Shown piece by piece: positions 17,614 to 26,489 of a stretch of DNA of 39,365 nucleotides. Position numbers and translations under genes: made by a program. Each line of letters starts with the position of its first letter. Within the stretch, counting starts at the first letter, position 1. The notes under the pieces are model-generated. The model saw only the letters and a list, made by a program, of their open reading frames with translations, had not been told where the DNA came from and did no database searches. Source of the DNA: Methanocellales archaeon (GTDB taxonomy: Archaea > Halobacteriota > JAWCLZ01); contig JAWCMA010000001.1 of the NCBI GenBank assembly GCA_038850285.1, positions 124,261 to 163,625 of the forward strand, read 5' to 3'.

Positions 17614-18225
17614 ATGAATATGAAGTATATATTAACTGGGTTAATAATTAGCGATCGCAATGATGAAAATGCACTTGTGATCAAGCGTGGAGAAGCTTTT
17701 GCCCCTACTCATCCAACGACTGAGCTTTGCTTGAAATTGATGGAGCGGAGCTTTGCACTTCGTCGAATAAAATCTATTCTCGACGCAGGCTGCGGCACTG
17801 GAATACTAGCACTTGCAGGTTTAAAACTAGGAGCTGAGCGAGCAGTTGCATTTGATATTTCCAGAGAAGCTGTTTATATTACAATTGAAAATGCCCGCAG
17901 AAATAATCTTGCTCAGAATATAGATGTAATCTTGGGCTCCATTGATAGCTTGAAGGCTAAATCTAAATTTAAATTTGATTTGATTGTTGCAAATCTCTAT
18001 TTCACCACTCTTTTGAGCATGGTTGGAAAATTCAAAGAACTGCTGCTTGCGAATGGAATTCTCATTTTATCTGGATTTTATGATATTGAATTCTATCATT
18101 TGAATAATGCAATGCTGAACCTTGGCTTTCAAAAGGGAGAGGTGCTCTATAGAGACCATGTAATAGCAGATCTCCCTCCATCGATGAGCTTTACATTTGG
18201 AGCAGCACAATATATTTTAAAATAA
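17614..18225 (+). CDS. PrmA-like class I SAM-dependent methyltransferase (short form)
   Basis: AF...HPTTELCL, LDAGCGTGILA, FDIS, ENARRN, FDLIVANL, GILILSGF; lacks the PrmA N-terminal substrate-binding domain. Confidence 0.8.
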   Translation: MNMKYILTGLIISDRNDENALVIKRGEAFAPTHPTTELCLKLMERSFALRRIKSILDAGCGTGILALAGLKLGAERAVAFDISREAVYITIENARRNNLAQNIDVILGSIDSLKAKSKFKFDLIVANLYFTTLLSMVGKFKELLLANGILILSGFYDIEFYHLNNAMLNLGFQKGEVLYRDHVIADLPPSMSFTFGAAQYILK

Positions 18226-18255
18226 TAATATAAAATAAAATAAATAAAAAACTAG

Positions 18256-20415
18256 TTAATCTCCTGAGGTTAGATATAAATATTTCAAGCTTTCCTCTTT
18301 ACCTCGCTTGGCTTTCTTAGAATGAGGGTTGATCTGCAGCACTTTTTCATAGCTTTTCGCTGCCTCTTCAAAGCGACTTAAATTGAATTGAGTTAGAGCT
18401 AAGTTGTTCCAAGCCTCCTCATCCACTGGATTTTTTTCAACAGCCTTTTCAAAACACTTCAATGCCTCCTCATATCTTCCAAGATTCCCTAGGGAAACGC
18501 CTTTATAATTCCAAGCCCCGTGATTTTCTGGTTCAAACTCAATTGCACGATTGAAGCAAGCTATTGCCTCTTCAAATCTAGCCAAGCTATGGAGAACTAA
18601 GCCTTTATTCACCCAAGCGGGAACATATTCTGGATTCAGCTGAATTGCTTTATCATAGTAAGCAAGCGATTCCTCTAATTTGCCTAAGTTACTGACCGCA
18701 GCACCTTTATTGCACCAAGCCTCAAAGTTATTTGGATCTATCTTTAAAAGCTCATCGAAGCACTTCACTGCTTCACTATGCAAGCTCAGCTTGCTATATG
18801 CACTGCCTAAGTTATTCCAAGCCTTTAAATCTCGGTCGTCAATTTCAAGGGCTTTTTTGAAATAAAACACTCCTTCCTCAGTTTTACCCAAGGCAAGCAG
18901 CAATGCTCCTATGTTGTTCCAAACCAAGGAATTTCGAGGATTGATTTCCAGAGACTTGCGATAGCACTGAAGAGCTTCTTGGTATTGCTTCAAATTGAAA
19001 AGCGCTACACCCTTGTTGTTCCAAGCCGGGGCATCCTTTGGATCAAGCTCCAGGGCACGGTCAAAGCAAGGAACTGCATCCTGAAATCTACCTATGCTTT
19101 GAAATGCCAGTCCTTTGTTGTTCCAAGCCGGGGCATCCTTTGGATCAAGCTCCAGGGCACGGTCAAAGCAGGAAATTGCTTCATTTACTCTACCTAGGCT
19201 CTTAAGCGCTAGACCTCGGTTATTCCAGGCAGATGGATATCTTGGGTTCAAAAGCAAAGCTCTATCGAAGCAATCTAATGCTTCCTCCAATTTACCAGCT
19301 TTGTATAAAGCAAGACCTTTATTATTCCAAATCAAAGCATCATCTCGCTCGAGCTCAATTGCTCTATCAAAACAAGCTAATGCCTCTTCATATCTCCCTA
19401 TGCTATAGAGCGAGAGGCCCTTATGATTCCAGTCCGCAGCTGTAAGATGCTCAATTTCAACTTGAATTTCATAGATCTTGCCAGTTACTTTTTCATATAT
19501 CCTTAGAAATTCAACTTTCAATTCGCTGAAATTCTGAAATCTCTGTCCTGGATCTTGATTCAAGCACTTCATAACCACTGAATTTAATTCCATTGGAACA
19601 GCAGGATTTCTCTGCTTAGGCTCAATTAGCTCTTCAACCCCTCCAGCTGCTAAGTACTCTAGGTAAATCCCTTTCCCCTCCTCGTATTCTACTTCAAATG
19701 GCAGGTTTTGAGTGAGCATCTCATAGAGTATTACTCCAAACGAAAAAATATCAGATCTAACATCTGCACTTCTTGGATCTATATATTGCTCAGGCGAAAT
19801 ATATGGTTTAGTGCCCCAGACGTGGCCCACCCTAGTTTTCCCAGGTTCCAAGCGCTCGCCGAGTCTCTCTTTTACAAGCTCATCCTCGAGGATTTTCACA
19901 AGCCCAAAATCGGTGATCTTCGCCACTTTATCTTTAGTTATTAAGACATTCTGAGGCTTTAGATCTCGATGCACTATTCCCATTTTCTTAAATGCATATT
20001 CCATTCCACTGCAAATTTGAATTGCAAAATCAATAGCTTGGGGAATGTCAAGTAGATTTTCATCGATCCACTCTCTAAGGGATTTGCCAGAAATGTATTC
20101 TAAAAAAATATAGGGCTTGCCCTCTATTCGCTGGACAAACTCAGCTTTAACTATATTCCTATGCTTATCCAGTTTAACCCAAGTTTCCGCTTCCCTCAAG
20201 AATTTTCTAACTACCTCTTCCCTCCAGAGAAATTCATCTTTAAAGGTTTTAATAGCAAACCACCGCCTCCAGTGGTGGTCAAAAGCAATATAGACTACAC
20301 CCAATCCGCCTTCTTTTATATCCTTAATTTCATAGCGATTGAGCATCTTATCTCCAATCTTCCACTTTTTCTCAAAACCCCGAGGTGGCTTTTTAAAGCG
20401 ATCGAGAATTTTCAT
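18256..20415 (-). CDS. Hanks-type Ser/Thr protein kinase with C-terminal TPR array
   Basis: GGLGVVY, AIKT, HRDLKPQN, DFGL, GTKPYISPEQ, DIFSFGV; about 11 34-aa repeats of the AWNNKG..L..LGRYEEAL.CFDRA.EL.P type; no TM segment. Confidence 0.93.
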   Translation of the reverse strand: MKILDRFKKPPRGFEKKWKIGDKMLNRYEIKDIKEGGLGVVYIAFDHHWRRWFAIKTFKDEFLWREEVVRKFLREAETWVKLDKHRNIVKAEFVQRIEGKPYIFLEYISGKSLREWIDENLLDIPQAIDFAIQICSGMEYAFKKMGIVHRDLKPQNVLITKDKVAKITDFGLVKILEDELVKERLGERLEPGKTRVGHVWGTKPYISPEQYIDPRSADVRSDIFSFGVILYEMLTQNLPFEVEYEEGKGIYLEYLAAGGVEELIEPKQRNPAVPMELNSVVMKCLNQDPGQRFQNFSELKVEFLRIYEKVTGKIYEIQVEIEHLTAADWNHKGLSLYSIGRYEEALACFDRAIELERDDALIWNNKGLALYKAGKLEEALDCFDRALLLNPRYPSAWNNRGLALKSLGRVNEAISCFDRALELDPKDAPAWNNKGLAFQSIGRFQDAVPCFDRALELDPKDAPAWNNKGVALFNLKQYQEALQCYRKSLEINPRNSLVWNNIGALLLALGKTEEGVFYFKKALEIDDRDLKAWNNLGSAYSKLSLHSEAVKCFDELLKIDPNNFEAWCNKGAAVSNLGKLEESLAYYDKAIQLNPEYVPAWVNKGLVLHSLARFEEAIACFNRAIEFEPENHGAWNYKGVSLGNLGRYEEALKCFEKAVEKNPVDEEAWNNLALTQFNLSRFEEAAKSYEKVLQINPHSKKAKRGKEESLKYLYLTSGD
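19013..19170. repeat. 56-bp identical direct repeat at 102-bp spacing within the TPR array
   Basis: TTGTTGTTCCAAGCCGGGGCATCCTTTGGATCAAGCTCCAGGGCACGGTCAAAGCA at 19013-19068 and 19115-19170. Confidence 0.92.
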
Positions 20416-20560
20416 ATCAAATATAAATAAGAAAGAAGCGATATTTAGATTTAGGCATATTCTAGAGCTTGACAGAATAGTGAAGCCTTTAATATCTAAT
20501 TAATTAAAATTAAAAGTTAAAGCAGAATGTTAATAATGGCGGAGAAAATAAATATCGCTG

Positions 20561-21169
20561 ATGTTAGAACTTGACTTAGAAGAGAGATGCGATTGCTGCG
20601 GACACGATTTGAGATTGCAAGTGAGGGAGCAAGAGGGGGGCTTTCTAAGTGAATTCAGCTGCTTGCGCTGTGGCTTTAGGTTCACTGAGGCAAACAAGCT
20701 TTTGATTCTAATAGCTGACGCTGGCTGGGAATCTATTGTTGGTGGCTGTGTGGTTGGATTTTACGATTTTCTCAAAAAGCAATTTGAGTCAATAATAATT
20801 GATGTGGAGTATTTTCAGAACATCCTCGATGGAGAAAGCATATATCCTGAAAAAGTGGTTTCTGCGGTAGATGAAATATTCGCTGCTTGGAATATCAATC
20901 CAGATACCCATTTAATACTCCTTAAGAATACTCATCTCATGTCAAATCTAAGAGAATATTTGGACGCGAGGCACTACAGCTGGTTCAGGTTTAAAATTTG
21001 CGTGCCAATTGAGTCTTTAACTAAAAAAGCCTTTGAAGAACATCTCCTCAGTCTAGGAGTACCCCCGGAGGCAATTGCTTTACAGGGGAGAGCTAGATTG
21101 AGGTTTCTGCTAGCTTGGGTCTTGGCTGATGAATCGAGGGAGAGGCTTGTTAAAAAAACTGGGCTTTAG
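20561..21169 (+). CDS. Hypothetical protein: Zn-ribbon plus RNase H-like domain
   Basis: CDCCG...CLRCG N-terminus; ILIADAGWESIVGGCVVG resembles the RNase HII first strand (IDEAGRG...G..VV). Confidence 0.6.
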   Translation: MLELDLEERCDCCGHDLRLQVREQEGGFLSEFSCLRCGFRFTEANKLLILIADAGWESIVGGCVVGFYDFLKKQFESIIIDVEYFQNILDGESIYPEKVVSAVDEIFAAWNINPDTHLILLKNTHLMSNLREYLDARHYSWFRFKICVPIESLTKKAFEEHLLSLGVPPEAIALQGRARLRFLLAWVLADESRERLVKKTGL

Positions 21170-21497
21170 AGACTTTTTATCTAAAATCGATAAATTTGGA
21201 CTGCGTTAAGAAAAAGGGGAGGAGAGTAAAGATATAGTGGTTGAGATTCAGGGAGAAGTAGCCATTGCTAAGAGTTAATTGTTGAGGGAGAGACTTGATT
21301 ATGAGAAAGTCCTTGTAATAGGAACTTAGCGAGGGGGTAAAAAAGGTTTTAAGAAGCCTTGAGGTTGAGATTCACTGCTGTTAGGACTTACCACAATTGA
21401 GTTAGCGAGTTTCATTCCGGGACACGAAAAGGTGGATTGCGAAAAATTGAAAAATATCGTTTTAAAGGTTGATTGTATTTATTTTAATAATATTTAT

Positions 21498-22742
21498 TTA
21501 TATTATTTTATTAATCACTTCTTCGACCCCCAGTGCTATACCCTCTACTTCCATTCCACCTCTGCCTTTAGCTCCATCCCCCACGACATATAAATTTATA
21601 TAAGGAGTCTCGCTACCCCTATCCTGCCCGCTTGCTGCTCTATTAACCGGCCAGCCATTCCAATAGCTCTGCACCAGTAATACCTCGAATTTCTTAAGCT
21701 TGAAGATCTCCCTTAAATCATTTAAACCAAGCATTATCTCACGCTCCAAATGCGATTTTACATCCGCGATTCCCCTCAAGCTTAGAGCTTGATGGCTCAT
21801 TAAAAGATGCTTGTTCGGCGGAGCAAAAGCGGGATCAGAGTGAGTGAGCTCGATTATGCCATTTATCCTACTTGCACTTGGCGTGAAGAGCACTCCTGAA
21901 TGTCCAATCAATGGCTCATCGCTGGAGAAAGAGATTTTTATACCTGCAGATGGCTTTTGCTTGGATATTTTCTCAAGATATTGCTTGTCATCGCATTTGC
22001 TGAGAAGCTTTGCAGTCTCAGCGTGACCTAGGTTGCTTATGATAAAATCAGCTTCGTAGAATTCCCCGCTGCTAATAACTCCTTTTACAGTTCTATTTTG
22101 AGTCTTAATTTGCTCCACCTTTTGCTTCAAAAGCAGCTTTCCGCCTTTACTTTCGATCACTTCAATCAAACTCTCAATAACAGCTCCGCATCCACCTATT
22201 GGTATGCCTGGTCCGCCATATCGCCTTAGGTTTTTTATTATCTCAAGTACCTCGCTAGCTGGTACTTCCGCTGAGCTTAGACTCAATGCAAAGCCGCAGA
22301 AAGCATTGGCGAATCTCACTAGCCATTCATCTCTTACTCCATTATAAAACCAGTCTCTGAAGCTGCCTTTTGGCTCAGCGTACTTTGCTTTTAAATTTAA
22401 AAAGAGAATTTGAAGTCTATCACTTAACTTCAAAACTTTGGTGAAATCCTCGAATTTAATTTCCTCCCCGCTGTCTAATCGCACTGTGGCAGGTGGCTTA
22501 GACTGCACTATTTCAACATCAACTCCAGTTTTCTTCAATAGCATTGCAAAGGGACCTCTATTGCCATGGGGAATCAAATGCAGTGCTCCAGTGCTAAGCT
22601 TGAACCCGCGATAATCTAAATTAGTGAATCTTCCACCTGCAAATGGAAGCTTTTCAAAAATGGTCACCTCGTGCTCTCGAGAAAGCGCTGCTCCAGCTAG
22701 CAATCCACCGATTCCAGCGCCGATTATAATAGCTTTAGTCAT
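21498..22742 (-). CDS. FAD-dependent oxidoreductase, phytoene desaturase (CrtI)-like family
   Basis: IIIGAGIGGLLAG...FEK...GGRF, GFKLSTGALHLIPHG, PIGGCGAVI, NLYVVGDG. Confidence 0.88.
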   Translation of the reverse strand: MTKAIIIGAGIGGLLAGAALSREHEVTIFEKLPFAGGRFTNLDYRGFKLSTGALHLIPHGNRGPFAMLLKKTGVDVEIVQSKPPATVRLDSGEEIKFEDFTKVLKLSDRLQILFLNLKAKYAEPKGSFRDWFYNGVRDEWLVRFANAFCGFALSLSSAEVPASEVLEIIKNLRRYGGPGIPIGGCGAVIESLIEVIESKGGKLLLKQKVEQIKTQNRTVKGVISSGEFYEADFIISNLGHAETAKLLSKCDDKQYLEKISKQKPSAGIKISFSSDEPLIGHSGVLFTPSASRINGIIELTHSDPAFAPPNKHLLMSHQALSLRGIADVKSHLEREIMLGLNDLREIFKLKKFEVLLVQSYWNGWPVNRAASGQDRGSETPYINLYVVGDGAKGRGGMEVEGIALGVEEVINKII

Positions 22743-22893
22743 GGTCTATGGCATCCACTGGGCAGTAGTTTTTACATAGCTCGCAGTTTATGCAATTTTC
22801 ATTCACCTTTGCCCTCCCGAATAGTTCAATTGCATTAACTGGGCAGAAAACAATGCACTGCCCGCAGCCAACGCAGCGCTCGGAAATGATCAT
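22735..22893 (-). CDS. 2x[4Fe-4S] ferredoxin (52 aa)
   Basis: Not in the track: MIISERCVGCGQCIVFCPVNAIELFGRAKVNENCINCELCKNYCPVDAIDHD; overlaps the oxidoreductase start by 8 bp. Confidence 0.93.
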   Translation of the reverse strand: MIISERCVGCGQCIVFCPVNAIELFGRAKVNENCINCELCKNYCPVDAIDHD

Positions 22894-22914
22894 TAAATAT
22901 TAAAAAATAGGGGG

Positions 22915-23184
22915 CTATTTCCCAAGCATAATTTCAATTGCTGATACATTCGCACGCTCTTCGCCGGATTGCAAGGTTTCAGTTGAAATCTTTATATCCT
23001 TCATCTTGAGATTCGTTAAGAAGCGATTTCGAATTATCTCCGCCACATCTACTGCTCTGCTAATTGCTCTTCCCCTAGCTTTAATTACCACTTCATTCGC
23101 ACCATTATTGAACTGCGTTACCACAGCTAGGACATAGTTCATCACAGGTTTATTTCCAATATATACCACATTATCCTCTGCCAT
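22915..23184 (-). CDS. albA: DNA/RNA-binding protein Alba
   Basis: [42 protein letters not shown]; SD GGAGG upstream. Confidence 0.97.
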   Translation of the reverse strand: MAEDNVVYIGNKPVMNYVLAVVTQFNNGANEVVIKARGRAISRAVDVAEIIRNRFLTNLKMKDIKISTETLQSGEERANVSAIEIMLGK

Positions 23185-23336
23185 TTCCTATTCCTCCCGA
23201 TTTACTGTTTATTGACCTGTTGTATATGTTATAAAGATAATATTTAATAATTTCCATTGAGATTGAGGATTAACTTTTATTTTTTACTTTGTTCTTTCAA
23301 AAAAATATTTCTCATTAAAGTGCTAATTGTAGGTAA

Positions 23337-24758
23337 ATGCAGTTAGAATTAACAGCTTCCAATGTAGCATTGCGCTTGAAACTTAGAGAGTCGGTGAATC
23401 GACTGCTAAGCGATCATTTAATGCTTGTACTTGCATTGCTCTTAATTCCCGCAACTATTCTACCCTTTTTCTTCAGCTTCTCGCAATTTATGCTTGTTTT
23501 ATTCGAGTTGATTAATTATATTATAATTGCAGTATTCGCAATTGAATACTTCGCAAAACTCTATGTGGCTGATTCTAGAATGGCATATGCTCTTAATCCG
23601 TGGCATATCCTCGATCTCTTTATTGTTTTGCTTGCTGCAGGCGATTTTCTACCTTTTCTCCCCGGAGGTTGGAGAGCTGCGCCTATGCTGAGGTTATTGA
23701 GAGTTACAAGAACCTTTGCAATAGCAGGGAGGACAGTGAAGAGAGCAGCACCTGAGAAAAAAGTTGAGGTTGAGGTTAAACCTAGAGTATCGCGAATGAA
23801 GATAAATATATTGGAAGAAAATAAAGTGATTAGAAATGCAACCGAAGCAGAACTATATCACTACCTCGCAACTCCAGCTGGAACTTGGGTTGACTTTCAA
23901 GAGGTCTCTGATTTAGACTTAAATTTCATTAGCGATGCACTGAAGATACCTAGATATGTGCTTGAGAGCAAGGCCCTTGAAGAATCTTTTCCTCGCATTG
24001 ATTACTTCAAAGATTTCACCACGATTTTTATCTGGGACTCAAAACTCCAATCACTAGGGATTAAGGATATAAATATCTCGAAAAGTGGCATGCTAATAAT
24101 CTGCGCTAATACATATATTGCAACAATATGCACATCAAAAAGCGAGCTCTTCGATAAAGTAGTAAGCGAAGGCTTAGCTATAAAGGAAAATGAATTCATA
24201 GTTGGAATACTCTATACGATTTTCAAGAGAAAGATCAAGGATTATGAAGAGATCGTGCGAGTCCTTGAGCAAAAGACAAATGCAATGGAAGAATTCCCAG
24301 TTGGTAGAGCGCATCCTTCATTTCTAGAGGGAACATTTCAGCTTAAGAAAGAGATTCAAAGGATCCATAACAATCTCTGGCACTTCAAACAAGTATTAGA
24401 CCACGTGAAGTCCAAGAAAGTGGCACTTCAAGGCTTAAAAGATGAACATCTTTATCTCTTCGACATTCTCTATGATGAATCAGCCTATATGTTTGAAACC
24501 TCTCAAAATGTCAAAGATAGCCTTATTTCATTGATCGAACTTCATTTAAATACAGTTTCATTTGAGATGAACAAAGTCATGAGAGTACTTGCAGTCATCA
24601 CTGCCCTTGCTTTAATCCCCACCATCATAGGCGGCCTCCTTGGAGAGAACTTGATCGACACTCCCTATCCAGTTACCATATTTGAAATTTTCTTCCTAGT
24701 GCTATCCCTCATGCTCCTAGGCGGATATGCCTTCTATAGGAGAGGTTGGTTGCGCTAG
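23337..24758 (+). CDS. Voltage-sensor-like (Ion_trans S1-S4) domain fused to CorA/ZntB-family divalent cation transporter
   Basis: S2 FAIEY, S3 NPWHILDL, S4 LRLLRVTR; then WVDF...FPRID, MNKVMRVLAVIT...PTIIGGLLGEN, TM2 and YRRGWL. Confidence 0.85.
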   Translation: MQLELTASNVALRLKLRESVNRLLSDHLMLVLALLLIPATILPFFFSFSQFMLVLFELINYIIIAVFAIEYFAKLYVADSRMAYALNPWHILDLFIVLLAAGDFLPFLPGGWRAAPMLRLLRVTRTFAIAGRTVKRAAPEKKVEVEVKPRVSRMKINILEENKVIRNATEAELYHYLATPAGTWVDFQEVSDLDLNFISDALKIPRYVLESKALEESFPRIDYFKDFTTIFIWDSKLQSLGIKDINISKSGMLIICANTYIATICTSKSELFDKVVSEGLAIKENEFIVGILYTIFKRKIKDYEEIVRVLEQKTNAMEEFPVGRAHPSFLEGTFQLKKEIQRIHNNLWHFKQVLDHVKSKKVALQGLKDEHLYLFDILYDESAYMFETSQNVKDSLISLIELHLNTVSFEMNKVMRVLAVITALALIPTIIGGLLGENLIDTPYPVTIFEIFFLVLSLMLLGGYAFYRRGWLR

Positions 24759-24783
24759 TCAATAAATAGCTCAAGGAGGTAGA

Positions 24784-25905
24784 TCATCGAAATTCTAGCT
24801 CGAAGTCATCTGCCTTTCTCACGATTCTCACGGGATATGGGATCTCGATGCCTTCTTCTTTAAATCGCTTCAAAATCAATCTATATAGCCTATCTGGAAC
24901 TATCTTCCAAAGCCTAGGGTTTTCCGCCCATACTCGCAATTCCATTTTCATTGAGTAATCTCCAAATTCCACGATTAATGCAATTGGACTTGGTTCTTTT
25001 ACCACGCCTGGTGTTTGAGCTGCTGCATCTAGCAGAATCGAGGTAACTTTATCGACATCTGCTTTATAGCTCACTGGAATTGGAAGAGAGAGTCTCAGCC
25101 TGGGATCTGGATCATTTTCATTGATGATTTTCTCTCTAGCCATTATTGAGTTAGGGACGACAAGCAAGGTATCGTCCTCGAGCTTGATCCTAGTGCTTCT
25201 AATTCCAATGTCAATTACATCGCCTTTTTGATCTTCTCTGCCCACGAATTTAATTCTATCCCCCACTCTATAGGGTCTATCTGCCATTATATTGAGCGAG
25301 CTAAATATATCAGTAAGGGAAGCTTGAGCAGCTAGAGCAATTGCTATGCCAGCTATTCCAATCCCTGCTATGAGAGGAGTTATTTCATAGCCTATAGCGC
25401 TTAATGCCACTAGCACAGCTATTGCAATTACGAAAATCTTGAACAAGCGGTTGAGAAATGGGACTAATTGATCATCGATAGGAGATACTGTCTTCGGAGC
25501 CACTTCCATCATATACCAGCGTGCAAATCCCTCTATAATTTTCACCACAAAATAGGCTCCAATGAATATGGCTAGGACAGTGAAGAATTGATCTATTAGC
25601 TTGAATTGCTCATAGCTAAATGCAATGGTGTGCAGCGCTAGCGATAATCCAATGATTATTATTAATAGGCGAATGGGGCCTTGCAATGCTTTTAAAAGCT
25701 CATCGTCCAACTTCGTCCTAGTTCGAGCAGTTACCCTCGGAAGCACATTGTAGACAAGGTGATAAATCACTTCAGCTAAAACAGCGAAGAATAGCACTAT
25801 AATCAAAGCAAATGCAAAGTCCAAAGCAACTCCCCTTATCCCAGTGAGATCAGCTGCTTTAGATTTAATTTGCTCCAGGAGAGGAAGTATGAAGGCTGTT
25901 TGCAT
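24784..25905 (-). CDS. mscS: Small-conductance mechanosensitive channel (MscS family)
   Basis: LIAGIGIAGIAIALAAQ, DRPYRVGDRI, GDVIDIGIRSTRI, VVPNS, FKEEGIEIPYP. Confidence 0.93.
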   Translation of the reverse strand: MQTAFILPLLEQIKSKAADLTGIRGVALDFAFALIIVLFFAVLAEVIYHLVYNVLPRVTARTRTKLDDELLKALQGPIRLLIIIIGLSLALHTIAFSYEQFKLIDQFFTVLAIFIGAYFVVKIIEGFARWYMMEVAPKTVSPIDDQLVPFLNRLFKIFVIAIAVLVALSAIGYEITPLIAGIGIAGIAIALAAQASLTDIFSSLNIMADRPYRVGDRIKFVGREDQKGDVIDIGIRSTRIKLEDDTLLVVPNSIMAREKIINENDPDPRLRLSLPIPVSYKADVDKVTSILLDAAAQTPGVVKEPSPIALIVEFGDYSMKMELRVWAENPRLWKIVPDRLYRLILKRFKEEGIEIPYPVRIVRKADDFELEFR

Positions 25906-26006
25906 ATCCCATCGATATGGAAATGTGAGATATTAAAACTATTTTCTTTTTTCTTATTTTCTCGAAAGATAACTTTTATATTAAAGTCTAGTCTTTCTAC
26001 TATAAG

Positions 26007-26474
26007 ATGGAAAGCAAGGACCTCGAGCTTTTGCAAGCACTGCAAAATGGTATTCCAATTGAACCAGAACCATTTAAAAAAATGGCGGAGCAATTGAAGC
26101 TTTCTCAAGCAGAGGTAATAAATCGAATTGCAGGTTTGATTCAAAGGGGCCAGATCAAGAGAATAGCTGCCTCAATTTCTCACCGCAGCATTGGCTATAG
26201 AGCAAATGCAATGATTGTTTGGAATGTGCCAAATGCAATAGTGGATGAAGTTGGAGAAAAAATGGCTAGGTATAAAGAAGTTTCCCATTGCTATTTACGC
26301 CCCAGGCGAAAGCACTGGAGATATAATATTTTCATAATGGTCCACGGGCGAAACAAAAGAGCTTGCCTTGAAGTGGTTAAGAAAATAGCAAGAGAAACGA
26401 AGATCAAGGACTACGAAGTGCTATTTAGCGAGGGAGAATTGAAAAAAACAGGAATAAAGCTTAAATGCTATTAA
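26007..26474 (+). CDS. ahbB: Siroheme decarboxylase beta subunit (AhbB/NirH-like)
   Basis: LQNGIPIEPEPF...IGYRANAMIVW, VSHCYLRP....WRYNIFIMVHG, LFSEGELKKT; heads the tetrapyrrole cluster. Confidence 0.85.
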   Translation: MESKDLELLQALQNGIPIEPEPFKKMAEQLKLSQAEVINRIAGLIQRGQIKRIAASISHRSIGYRANAMIVWNVPNAIVDEVGEKMARYKEVSHCYLRPRRKHWRYNIFIMVHGRNKRACLEVVKKIARETKIKDYEVLFSEGELKKTGIKLKCY

Positions 26475-26489
26475 TGCAGGAAAAAAAAT

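Noticed and set aside
19013-19170. Direct repeats as a CRISPR array or DGR template/variable repeat
   Set aside because: Only two copies, in frame at TPR periodicity, identical with no adenine-specific differences; no cas or reverse transcriptase gene in the window.
21180-21490. Purine-rich coding-like stretch (GEESKDIVVEIQGEVAIAKS*LLRERLDYEKVLVIGT*)
   Set aside because: May be a decayed gene, but it has several stops and no family I can support without a search.
22915-23184. Alba has GNKP rather than the GKKP modified in Sulfolobus
   Set aside because: Common variant in euryarchaeal Alba proteins; not unusual.
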